Assembly (NCBI GenBank): GCA_903904195.1
Contig: CAIVBM010000033.1
Span: forward strand, 1-48,489
Direction: 5' to 3'
DNA length: 48,489 nucleotides
From: an uncultured bacterium
GTDB taxonomy: Bacteria > Patescibacteriota > Minisyncoccia > Phycocordibacterales > UBA9973
Shown here: positions 40,316 to 48,398 of the stretch, in pieces
Numbering within the stretch: position 1 is the first letter of the stretch
Layout of the letters: every line of letters begins with the position of its first letter
Made by a program: the position numbers and the translations under genes
The notes under the pieces: generated by a model
Seen by the model: only the letters and a program-made list of their open reading frames with translations
Database searches by the model: none
What the model was told of the DNA's origin: nothing

Positions 40316-40678
40316 TTATTTTGCCCGAGTACCAGCAGGAATTTTGGCTTTTGACTGAAGAAGAGAGAATTTTCCATCTTCTGTAGAAACAGCCAATATC
40401 ATACCCTGACTTTCCAATCCACGAATCATCCTAGGTTCTAAATTAACAACAAAAGCGCACTTTTTACCAACTAAGACAGAACAATCTGGAAAATATAAAG
40501 AAATGCCGGAAATTATCTGCCTTATATCGTGGGTTCCTTCGCCCTCCATAGCCTTGGCGACGGAGGGACCAAAATCAACTGACAACTTTAAAAGCTTGTC
40601 AGTCTCTGGAACTTTCTGGGCGGAAAGAATCTTACCTATTGCAATCTCTACTTTTTGAAAATCTTCAAATGTAATCAT
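40316..40678 (-). CDS. tRNA-binding domain protein (CsaA/Trbp111/EMAP-like OB fold)
   Basis: FEDFQKVEIAIGKILSAQKVPETDKLLKLSVDFG ... IISGI ... GMILA, the typical pattern. Confidence 0.8.
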   Translation of the reverse strand: MITFEDFQKVEIAIGKILSAQKVPETDKLLKLSVDFGPSVAKAMEGEGTHDIRQIISGISLYFPDCSVLVGKKCAFVVNLEPRMIRGLESQGMILAVSTEDGKFSLLQSKAKIPAGTRAK

Positions 40679-40680
40679 TT

Positions 40681-41136
40681 TTATTTATTTGATCCCTCCA
40701 TTTGCTGGGATCTTTTATCTAAATACCTTTGTAATATTAATGCTGCAGCAGAAGCATCTATCCGACCACTTTTTATCTGCTTAACTTTACTATGTGCTTG
40801 TGAAGGATTTGATTGCATCTTACCATTTCCTCCCCGTCTCGCCTCAACAGAAGTCAGGAATTCTTTTTGTTTATGAATCGGTAATTTAAACTTTTCTTCT
40901 AATTCTAAAATGAACACATCTATTCGAGCAGACAACGCATTCAACTTTCCAGAAAAATCTACTGACTCACCTATCACGAATTCGGTGATATTTTCTTTTG
41001 CCACGACTTCGCCCAACCTTTTCATGGTATTTACATCATTTGGGACGATTTCTTTAGGAAATGCCAGCTTTGTATTTTCGTCTGAAATGGCGATACCGAT
41101 CCTTTTTGTACCATAATCTATGCCAAGAAATTTCAT
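40681..41136 (-). CDS. ruvX: Putative pre-16S rRNA nuclease / Holliday junction resolvase-like YqgF (RuvX)
   Basis: MKFLGIDYGTKRIGIAISD N-terminal motif and the C-terminal DASAAALILQRYLD. Confidence 0.85.
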   Translation of the reverse strand: MKFLGIDYGTKRIGIAISDENTKLAFPKEIVPNDVNTMKRLGEVVAKENITEFVIGESVDFSGKLNALSARIDVFILELEEKFKLPIHKQKEFLTSVEARRGGNGKMQSNPSQAHSKVKQIKSGRIDASAAALILQRYLDKRSQQMEGSNK

Positions 41137-41189
41137 AATTAGATACTAGCATAAAGCGCTCCCGCTGGCGAAAATCTTTTTTTTCTGAT

Positions 41190-41441
41190 ATGATTTTTCA
41201 TATGAATCAATTACCACCATTAGCCAATTTATTAATAGTATTATTAGCTATTTGGACTATTCCTTGGAAAATTTATGCTTTGTGGCTCGCCGCAAAACAT
41301 AACCACAAGAAATGGTTTGTGGCACTTGTCATATTAAATACTGTAAGCATTTTGGAAATAGTTTTCGTAAGAAAAGTTATCAAAAAAAGCTGGGCAGATG
41401 TGAAAGAAGATTTCAGAGAAGCATGGCAGTCATTTAAATAG
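41190..41441 (+). CDS. Small 2-TM membrane protein
   Basis: ORF track. Segments are LANLLIVLLAIWTIPWKIYALWLAAK and WFVALVILNTVSILEIVF. Confidence 0.5.
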   Translation: MIFHMNQLPPLANLLIVLLAIWTIPWKIYALWLAAKHNHKKWFVALVILNTVSILEIVFVRKVIKKSWADVKEDFREAWQSFK

Positions 41442-41475
41442 CTGTTTTAAAAATTAGTGGGCTTGACATTTAGAG

Positions 41476-41560
41476 GGAAGCGTGGCAGAGAGGTCTATCG
41501 CACTTGTCTTGAAAACAAGAGTGCCGCAAGGCACCGTGAGTTCGAATCTCACCGCTTCCG
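41476..41560 (+). tRNA. tRNA-Ser (anticodon UGA), type II
   Basis: GGAAGCGTGGCAGAGAGGTC... closely parallels canonical tRNA-Ser. The anticodon arm is CTTGT-CTTGAAA-ACAAG, with a long variable arm. The T arm is GTGAG-TTCGAAT-CTCAC. Confidence 0.9.
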
Positions 41561-41585
41561 CATATGAATCTGCTATAATATAATT

Positions 41586-41750
41586 ATGATAAAAGGAAAT
41601 TTTTTAGGCGCAGCAATAGTAGCAATAATTTACACGGTTTATATTTTAATAAATCCTAATGCATTGCCTTCAAAAACATCATTCGTACTAGCATTGGTAG
41701 TTCTCAATGCTTTGACTATCGTACTCATGGCTTTTGCATTTAAACAATAA
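41586..41750 (+). CDS. Possible 54-aa 2-TM membrane peptide
   Basis: Hand-translated as MIKGNFLGAAIVAIIYTVYILINPNALPSKTSFVLALVVLNALTIVLMAFAFKQ*. It fills the gap between tRNA-Ser and the yhhQ paralog. Confidence 0.35.
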   Translation: MIKGNFLGAAIVAIIYTVYILINPNALPSKTSFVLALVVLNALTIVLMAFAFKQ

Positions 41751-41758
41751 AGAGATAA

Positions 41759-42439
41759 ATGAATCTATCAGAAAGAAATTATAAATATCTCGGTACATTG
41801 AGTGTTTTCTTTGTCTCAATATTACTCATATCAAATGTCGCTTCTACAAAAATAGTAGATTTCGGGCAGTTTACTTTTGACGGAGGAACTCTACTCTTCC
41901 CCCTCAGTTACATATTTGGAGATATTCTCACTGAAGTCTATGGTTACAAAAAAACTCGCGATGTAATATGGCTCGGATTCTTTTCCGCATTAATGATGTC
42001 TATTATTTTCATCATTGTCGGTAAACTTCCTGCTGCTGCTGGTTGGAATAATCAAGCAGCATATGACGCCATCCTCGGCCTCACTCCCCGAATCGTAATA
42101 GCGAGCCTTATCGCATATGCTTGTGGAAATTTTTCAAATTCATTTGTCCTAGCAAAAATGAAACTTTGGACTGGTGGAAAATATTTATGGACACGAACTA
42201 TCGGCTCTACTGTGGTCGGGGAGCTCATTGATAGTACTCTTTTTATCTTAATTGCTTTCCTTTATATATTCCCCTCTTCCTTACTTTTCAAACTTATAAT
42301 TTCAAATTACATTTTTAAAACTCTAGTAGAAGTAGTATTCACTCCGATCACTTACAAAGTAGTTAATTTCTTAAAAAAGAACGAACTTGAAGACTATTAC
42401 GACAAAGACACAAACTTCAACCCGTTTACCACTAAATAG
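41759..42439 (+). CDS. yhhQ: YhhQ/VUT-family (DUF165) transporter, paralog 2
   Basis: LLFPLSYIFGDILTEVYGYKKTRDVIWLGF signature in a polytopic membrane protein. Confidence 0.75.
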   Translation: MNLSERNYKYLGTLSVFFVSILLISNVASTKIVDFGQFTFDGGTLLFPLSYIFGDILTEVYGYKKTRDVIWLGFFSALMMSIIFIIVGKLPAAAGWNNQAAYDAILGLTPRIVIASLIAYACGNFSNSFVLAKMKLWTGGKYLWTRTIGSTVVGELIDSTLFILIAFLYIFPSSLLFKLIISNYIFKTLVEVVFTPITYKVVNFLKKNELEDYYDKDTNFNPFTTK

Positions 42440-42460
42440 GAAAAATAGAGGTATGATATA

Positions 42461-44332
42461 ATGGATAGTATGAAACATATAATGCACAAAAAGAGTTGTT
42501 TGTTTTCTTTCGGGTCTATTATATCTATAGCGTTTATAATGTTTTTTGTAGCTAATGTGGCCCATGCAGTTACTCCCATACTTTCTATAATTCCAAACAA
42601 TGATGGAGACACAGTACAATTAAACGTAACTGGTGACTCAAACGCAAGCGTTGTGTTCTATTATTTTAAAACTGGAGCTGGCCAACAAATAAAGACAATT
42701 GGAACAACAAATTCAAATGGAAACCTTGTCGCAACCGTCAGTAACTCTGACCTAAATGTCGCTTCAAATAGTTCTGTTTATATCACAGTGGGAGGATTGA
42801 GTGGTCCAAAATCTTCAACAACATCTTGGCCACTAGTCACTTCTTATATTTCTAGTAACAACATGATTTCTTTGAGTCAAACAGGACTAGTTTTGACTAT
42901 AGGGCAATCTTCCACAATCACAGTAACAAATATTAATTCCGGAAATCTTTATTTATCCAGCAACTCCAGCCCAATGATCGCGAACGTGAATATAACCAGC
43001 AATCAAGTCACCGTCCTCGCAAATAGTTATGGTTCCACCGTCGCCACGATTTGTCTAACCAGCAACAGCTCAAACTGTGGAAGTATTTATGTCACCGTTC
43101 AAAATGGAAACGCCCAACCTCTTTCATTTAGTCAAAGCAGCATCTCATTATATTCCGGTCAAAATGTTTCAATACAAATCAGCGGTGGTTCTGGATCATA
43201 TTTAGTCTTAAATAATGCAACTCAAAATCAAGCATTAATACAAACAAATATTTCCGGATCAGTGATAAGCTTGACCACTAGCAGTACTACAGGATCATCA
43301 TCAATCACTGTTTGCTCAAAAGACATGACTTCGTGTGGAATAATCAATGTGACTATCAACAGCAATAACAATTCCACACCAGTTTCTTTCAGCCAATCAA
43401 GTCCTACAGTCATAGTCGGACAAAGCCTAAACGTCAGTATATATGGCCCGTCAAATGGTTTGTTTTATGTTTCTTCAAATTCAAATCCTGGAATAGTACA
43501 AGCCAATGTTTCTGGAAATATTTTGACCCTTCTTGGCATCACAAATGGTTCTTCTACAATGAACATATGCGCATCAGCAAACAGCTGTGGATCATTGACT
43601 GTAACTGTAAATTATAATTCCGGTAGTAGTAGCATCTACCCTATCCTAAGCCAAGACAACGTGACTTTGTCTGTAGGCCAAAATTTAAACATCACGATTT
43701 CTGGAGGACTTATGCCTTATAACATCATATCAACAGCTAATAGTATTTTCCGACCTACATTAAATACAAACACACTTAGTCTTTATGGTATTAATACTGG
43801 CTCTGGAATAATGAATGTTTGTTCTTCAGCAGGAAATTGTGCGAACCTTTCAGTAACAGTGACAGCACAAAATACCGTTTCCAGTTTACCAGCTGGGTGT
43901 TCTTCTGCATCAGGTTATAGTCAAACTACTGGTTTACCTTGTGTTTATAGCTACTCTACAACAGGCAGTGTCGTCATACCAAATGATTGTACCGGAACAG
44001 CTTATAGTATCTCCACTGGTATAGCTTGCCCTGCTGGCACAATAAAAACAGAAAATACAGTCGCAACTTCTACATCAACAACAAATACAACAACCACGAC
44101 GACGACAAAAAGCACGGTTTTTAAATTTACAAAAACATTAAAACTTGGTGACAAAGGAAGCGACGTAACTCAACTACAAAAGAAATTAAAAACTCTGGGA
44201 TATTACAATGGAAAAATCAGTGGGAGCTTTGACTCAGTGACAGAAAAGGCTGTAAAGGCTCTTCAGAAAGCTCACAAACTTTCTCAAGTCGGTAGTGTCG
44301 GTCCACTAACTCGAGCCTTGCTAAATAAGTAA
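42461..44332 (+). CDS. Secreted Ser/Thr/Asn-rich repeat protein with a C-terminal peptidoglycan-binding (PG_binding_1-like) domain
   Basis: Signal/TM segment FGSIISIAFIMFFVANVAHA. About five ~85-aa repeats (LSFSQSS..L..GQ...I.ISGG.G.Y). Two CxxxxGYSxxTGxxC-like motifs and a poly-Thr linker. The C-terminus is LKLGDKGSDVTQLQKKLKTLGYYNGKISGSFDSVTEKAVKALQ. Confidence 0.75.
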   Translation: MDSMKHIMHKKSCLFSFGSIISIAFIMFFVANVAHAVTPILSIIPNNDGDTVQLNVTGDSNASVVFYYFKTGAGQQIKTIGTTNSNGNLVATVSNSDLNVASNSSVYITVGGLSGPKSSTTSWPLVTSYISSNNMISLSQTGLVLTIGQSSTITVTNINSGNLYLSSNSSPMIANVNITSNQVTVLANSYGSTVATICLTSNSSNCGSIYVTVQNGNAQPLSFSQSSISLYSGQNVSIQISGGSGSYLVLNNATQNQALIQTNISGSVISLTTSSTTGSSSITVCSKDMTSCGIINVTINSNNNSTPVSFSQSSPTVIVGQSLNVSIYGPSNGLFYVSSNSNPGIVQANVSGNILTLLGITNGSSTMNICASANSCGSLTVTVNYNSGSSSIYPILSQDNVTLSVGQNLNITISGGLMPYNIISTANSIFRPTLNTNTLSLYGINTGSGIMNVCSSAGNCANLSVTVTAQNTVSSLPAGCSSASGYSQTTGLPCVYSYSTTGSVVIPNDCTGTAYSISTGIACPAGTIKTENTVATSTSTTNTTTTTTTKSTVFKFTKTLKLGDKGSDVTQLQKKLKTLGYYNGKISGSFDSVTEKAVKALQKAHKLSQVGSVGPLTRALLNK

Positions 44333-44351
44333 AATTTGCTAATGTAATCAT

Positions 44352-44936
44352 ATGTCAAAACTTGAATACAGTGAAATCCGCGAGAAAAAAATCATAATTT
44401 ACGATGGTGAGCCTTGTGAAGTGGTGGAATCCCATGTCGCCAGAACTCAGCAAAGAAAGCCTCAAAATCAAGTAAAGCTTAAAACTTTAATTTCTGGTAA
44501 AACCATCAATGCGACTTTTCATGTTTCTGAATCAGCCGATGAGGCAGACATCATAAAGCGTGAAATCACTTTCCTTTATAGCAACAGAGGCGAATATTGG
44601 TTTTGCGATCCTACAGACAAGAGCAAGAGATTTAAGCTGGACATAGCATTGATCGGTGAATCAGCGGCAAAGTTTTTGAAACAGAATTCAAACGTGGAAG
44701 CCGTAGTCTGGGAAACCGAAGACGATGAAGAAAAGATAATCAAAGTTGCTTTGCCTATCAAAATGAATTTCAAAGTAAAAGAAGCTCCTCCAGCCGTGCG
44801 CGGAGACACTTCAAAAGGCGGGATGAAAATCGTAACTCTGGAAAATGGAGCGACCCTAAACGCTCCGATGTTCATCGCCGAAGGCGATACTATTTCCGTG
44901 AATACGGAAAATGGAGAATACGTGGAGAGAGTCTAA
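44352..44936 (+). CDS. efp: Elongation factor P
   Basis: IIIYDGEPCEVVE, three-domain length, and the C-terminal GDTISVNTENGEYVERV. Confidence 0.85.
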   Translation: MSKLEYSEIREKKIIIYDGEPCEVVESHVARTQQRKPQNQVKLKTLISGKTINATFHVSESADEADIIKREITFLYSNRGEYWFCDPTDKSKRFKLDIALIGESAAKFLKQNSNVEAVVWETEDDEEKIIKVALPIKMNFKVKEAPPAVRGDTSKGGMKIVTLENGATLNAPMFIAEGDTISVNTENGEYVERV

Positions 44937-44940
44937 AAGT

Positions 44941-45059
44941 AAAAAATCTATAAAACACAAACTTTTTCCAGTACGGATTTTTTGAAGCTTAAAAAATCCT
45001 GAAGTTCTCGGCTCGCCAGCCTCGAAACCCCTCCAAAAGTTATATTTTATAGATTTTTT
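44941..45059. repeat. Long-range 15-bp inverted repeat AAAAAATCTATAAAA / TTTTATAGATTTTTT enclosing an inner 9-bp hairpin (44975-44999) and a GC-rich patch
   Basis: Read directly. It fills the convergent efp/rpsR intergenic region, and the inner hairpin is GGATTTTTT-N7-AAAAAATCC. Confidence 0.5.
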
Positions 45060-45259
45060 TATTTAACCACGAAAGGAAGTAAACCAAGGAATCGCGCATG
45101 TTTGATAGCAGAAGTAAGCGCACGTTGATTCTTTGCGGTCACGCCAGTTCTCTTGTGGCCAATGATTTTACCGTTAGGATTTATGAATTTCTTTAGGATT
45201 TCAATATCCTTATAGTCTATGTATTTTATATTGTTTGCTGAAAAATAATCTTGTTTCAT
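45059..45259 (-). CDS. rpsR: 30S ribosomal protein S18
   Basis: [13 protein letters not shown] and [26 protein letters not shown]. Confidence 0.9.
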   Translation of the reverse strand: MKQDYFSANNIKYIDYKDIEILKKFINPNGKIIGHKRTGVTAKNQRALTSAIKHARFLGLLPFVVK

Positions 45260-45379
45260 CCCGTTAGAAGTAGGTCGTGGTCTTAATTTTTAATAAAGTT
45301 TTTACCTACTTATGATTTTTATTTAATAATAATTACTTATATTTCCCGTTATTTACTACGACCGCGACTTCTAACGGGA
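45260..45379. mobile_element. ~120-bp palindromic (MITE-like or regulatory) element between ssb and rpsR
   Basis: The ends CCCGTTAGAAGT (45260-45271) and ACTTCTAACGGG (45367-45378) pair, extended by GGTCGT/ACGACC. ATGAAA on the minus strand (TTTCAT on the plus strand) is present on both flanks. Confidence 0.45.
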
Positions 45380-45386
45380 TTTCATT

Positions 45387-45833
45387 TTAAAATGGAATGT
45401 CTTCAGGATTAATGTCTTCTTCTGGATATTCTATGCTATCTACTTCACTGGAATTTACCTTTGCCTTGGGAGATGGACTGTTCCCTGCCGCCGAAACTCC
45501 TCCTGATTTAAGACCAAACTGAACTCTATCTGCAATGATTTCTGTCCTGTATTTCTTTTCTCCTGTTGCTTTATCATCCCAGCTACGTGTTTCAATGCGA
45601 CCTTCTATCATCACTTGCTGACCTTTCTTTAAATATTGAGCGGAAGTTTCTGCTTGTTTGCCCCAGACTACAATGTTGTGATAAGTTGCGGATTCTTGTT
45701 TGGCACCACTTTTATCTTTCCAGACTCTGTTTGTGGCGACACTAAACTTACAAACTTTCTGTCCAGAAGGTATCGTTGTGATTTCTGGATCTCTAGTTAG
45801 ATTGCCTACTATTAATGCTTTGTTTAAATACAT
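45387..45833 (-). CDS. ssb: Single-stranded DNA-binding protein
   Basis: LNKALIVGNLTRDPE OB-fold start and the acidic C-terminal tip PEDIPF. Confidence 0.9.
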   Translation of the reverse strand: MYLNKALIVGNLTRDPEITTIPSGQKVCKFSVATNRVWKDKSGAKQESATYHNIVVWGKQAETSAQYLKKGQQVMIEGRIETRSWDDKATGEKKYRTEIIADRVQFGLKSGGVSAAGNSPSPKAKVNSSEVDSIEYPEEDINPEDIPF

Positions 45834-45857
45834 ATTTATTTTAAATTACGTTAACAA

Positions 45858-46367
45858 TTAAACCCCAACTAAAGCATCTATCTCTTTATCTATTTCCTTC
45901 TCATTAATAGGAAGAGCTGTTTCGTCTTTTGTAGTTTTTGTTTTTGGCTTCTTATATATCTCACTACGAACAAATCTCTTTGTTGCAATAGTATTTTCTT
46001 TTACAGTTTTCAATATCAAAAATCTGATGAGGTTATTATCTAAATCAAGAGCCTTTTTGAGCTCTAAAAGCTTTTCAGCTTCCATGGTAAATTTGGTCCA
46101 ACCAAAATATGCCTTGTCGAATTTGCTTCGTACATTAGAGATAACTTTGGACATAGAATAAGCGAGATTTGTGGCCTTTGGCATTTCATCCGTTATTATT
46201 TCTCCACCAAAAGAAGAAATAAGTTCTTTTAGATTGCCATAATTAACAGACAAGTCTTCTTCTTTGATTGTAGGCACCAAAAGATAGCCAAGTTCGTATA
46301 TCTTGGAATTTGAACCTCCTGTCTCAACCAAACTCTCATTATTTACCTTATTTTCTGCGTCTTGCAT
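45858..46367 (-). CDS. rpsF: 30S ribosomal protein S6 with N- and C-terminal extensions
   Basis: YELGYLLVP core, in the rpsF-ssb-rpsR arrangement. Confidence 0.85.
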   Translation of the reverse strand: MQDAENKVNNESLVETGGSNSKIYELGYLLVPTIKEEDLSVNYGNLKELISSFGGEIITDEMPKATNLAYSMSKVISNVRSKFDKAYFGWTKFTMEAEKLLELKKALDLDNNLIRFLILKTVKENTIATKRFVRSEIYKKPKTKTTKDETALPINEKEIDKEIDALVGV

Positions 46368-46422
46368 GTAGATTTGATACTAACAAAAACTCTTTAAAAA
46401 GTAAAGTTATTTTTTCATAAGC

Positions 46423-47286
46423 TTAGATGCCAAATACTCTTTTAGCATTTTTGATGATAGTTTCAGCAACTTCTTTTTCGGATATATTTTTTATCTCAGC
46501 AATTTTCTTTACAACTTCTTTTACATAAGAAGGCTCATTTCTTCGTCCTCTATGTGGAACAGGAGCCACATATGGAGAATCCGTCTCAGACATAATCCGA
46601 TCAAGCGGGATATTTTTTATAACTTCATCATAATCATGCGTAAAAGTTATAACTCCAGTAAAAGAAAGAGTAAAACCTAAATCAAGAAAACTCTTTGCTT
46701 CACTCCAAGTTCCAGAAAAGAAATGAACATTACCACGGACTTTTGGATATTTTCTCAAAAGATAAAGCGCATCTACATATGCATTTGGAGTCCCCTCTTT
46801 GCCTTCTATTAATTCTTTCTTTTCATTATTACGCAAATGAATCATTAAAAGTTTATCAAATTCGCAAGCAAGCTCTATTTGTTCCACAAAAGCTTTTTTT
46901 TGTTTTGATATTGATTCTTGTGTACATCTGTAATAATCAAGCCCACATTCCCCTATCCCAACGACTTTTTTATTTTCCAAAAGTTTCCTATATGATTCTT
47001 TATTAAAAATTTCTCCACGTGAAGAAAATTCTTTATTTCCTGTACCGAGTTCTTCTTCATCGTGATGTGAAGCTCCAGTATGTATAGGGTGCAATCCTAT
47101 AACTGCGTAAACACCTTCTTCATACTTATCTGCCAAATCAACTGCATCTTTTGAAGTATCTATTTGAGTGCCAACGTTTATCATCCAAGTATCATTGTCT
47201 AATGCACGACGAACAACCTCGTCCCTGTCCGCATCAAAGGCTTTAAAATTAACGTGACTATGTATATCTATGTATTTTGGTTTCAT
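46423..47286 (-). CDS. tatD: TatD-family metal-dependent hydrolase/DNase
   Basis: YIDIHSHVNF, GECGLDYY, MIHLR, HFFSG and SETDSPYV motifs. Start set to the ATG at 47286, 7 nt after TATACT (47294-47299). Confidence 0.85.
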   Translation of the reverse strand: MKPKYIDIHSHVNFKAFDADRDEVVRRALDNDTWMINVGTQIDTSKDAVDLADKYEEGVYAVIGLHPIHTGASHHDEEELGTGNKEFSSRGEIFNKESYRKLLENKKVVGIGECGLDYYRCTQESISKQKKAFVEQIELACEFDKLLMIHLRNNEKKELIEGKEGTPNAYVDALYLLRKYPKVRGNVHFFSGTWSEAKSFLDLGFTLSFTGVITFTHDYDEVIKNIPLDRIMSETDSPYVAPVPHRGRRNEPSYVKEVVKKIAEIKNISEKEVAETIIKNAKRVFGI

Positions 47287-47309
47287 AAGTATTAGTATAT
47301 AACGAAATT

Positions 47310-47339
47310 GAGGGCGTTCGCACATGCGCGAACGCCCTC
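47310..47339 (-). terminator. GC hairpin GAGGGCGTTCGC-acatgc-GCGAACGCCCTC (12-bp perfect stem)
   Basis: Read directly. It lies between the stop of 47358-48065 and the tatD -10 box. Confidence 0.6.
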
Positions 47340-47357
47340 CCCCTACGATCGACACAT

Positions 47358-48065
47358 TCAACAATCAAACCGCTCATCCCCCCACCCTGATTCCGGTTCT
47401 TCAATGGCCATTTCGTCTGACATATCTCTGGCAATCTCGAAATGCTCCTTGTCGTCACCCCAAAAGGCAAGGCTGAGCTCGATTGACTGCTTCAGAGTAT
47501 CATCATACATGGAATGCCAAGCCCTGTAATTCCTGAGTGCACACTCTAGCTCATTCACGTTCCTTGTCCTTTGAAGGCGAACGGTGTCCAGATGGTCTTC
47601 GGAGATCATGACCTTTTTAGCCAGTATAGCTAGCCCGTTACGAACCTTGTCATGGGCTTGCGAAAGATCTAGCTTATTCTGATTGCCCTTAACTAATGCC
47701 CTATAGAAGAAGCCGGACCCGAACTGCTTGGCCACAAGATCAAGAGACGCACGTATTTTCACACACTTGTCGCTCACGTAAGCAGCGATGACAAACCAAC
47801 CCCACAACACGCAAATAAATGCGATTAGTATCACGAATCTCTTGTCGCCGATGCCGGCGAAACCCGCAATGCCAAGAAAGCTGGACACCAGAAACAGAAC
47901 CATGCATACGACGAACATCACACGCATGGCTCTCTCAATCTTCCGATACAGCTTCCACTTGTCGCACTGACATTTCAAAGGACCATACTTCCCATACAAG
48001 ATAAGTAAGACTTCATCTGGAAGACAGTTCACCAACCTCATCAGGAATTCTATCGTTTCGTTCAT
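47358..48065 (-). CDS. Island D 2-TM membrane protein with a ~130-aa acidic helical C-terminal domain, unknown function
   Basis: ORF track, trimmed to the first ATG (MNETIEF...). TM segments are VMFVVCMVLFLVSSFLGIAGFAGI and FVILIAFICVLWGWFVIAAYV. GC-rich. Confidence 0.55.
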   Translation of the reverse strand: MNETIEFLMRLVNCLPDEVLLILYGKYGPLKCQCDKWKLYRKIERAMRVMFVVCMVLFLVSSFLGIAGFAGIGDKRFVILIAFICVLWGWFVIAAYVSDKCVKIRASLDLVAKQFGSGFFYRALVKGNQNKLDLSQAHDKVRNGLAILAKKVMISEDHLDTVRLQRTRNVNELECALRNYRAWHSMYDDTLKQSIELSLAFWGDDKEHFEIARDMSDEMAIEEPESGWGDERFDC

Positions 48066-48214
48066 TTTGTCAACTATCCTTTCGAGGAATGCATGGCGGT
48101 TTCTCCGCACCTCTTTGAGACTTCTACCCAAAGAGAATCTTCATGCCTCTCCGTCGCAACTATACACCCAAAAATATTTTTTGTTAAATAAAATAAATCC
48201 ACATAAAACGAAAA

Positions 48215-48244
48215 GGAGTGGTCCGCACAAGCGCGAACCACTCC
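48215..48244 (-). terminator. GC hairpin GGAGTGGTCCGC-acaagc-GCGAACCACTCC plus T-tract
   Basis: One mismatch in a 12-bp stem. The loop and lower stem are related to the hairpin at 47310-47339. Followed on the minus strand by CTTTTCGTTTTAT. Confidence 0.6.
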
Positions 48245-48278
48245 CAAAGATTCTGATCTCTTTTTTCACCATTCCCGG

Positions 48279-48398
48279 CTAGCTGGCTCTGGCAGTCAAG
48301 ACGGAATGCAAGGCTGTTTCATAAGCATCCTCCAGTTCGGCCTTGAGCTCGTAATGGTTCAATAGCTTGGAATCACCCATAGGTTTAGGATGATTCAT
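48279..48398 (-). CDS. Island D small ORF, 39 aa (MNHPKPMGDSKLLNHYELKAELEDAYETALHSVLTARAS)
   Basis: Hand-translated. Its ATG overlaps the TGA of the upstream partial ORF (ATGA). Confidence 0.3.
   Translation of the reverse strand: MNHPKPMGDSKLLNHYELKAELEDAYETALHSVLTARAS

Noticed and set aside
42371-42619. Minus-strand ORFs 42371-42619 and 42397-42612
   Set aside because: They overlap the 3' end of yhhQ paralog 2 and the signal-peptide region of the surface protein gene on the opposite strand. They have no start context.
13131-48244. Island-end hairpins as integron attC sites (gene cassettes)
   Set aside because: The stems lack the RYYYAAC / GTTRRRY core sites. No intI gene is in the window, and the cassettes carry their own promoters.
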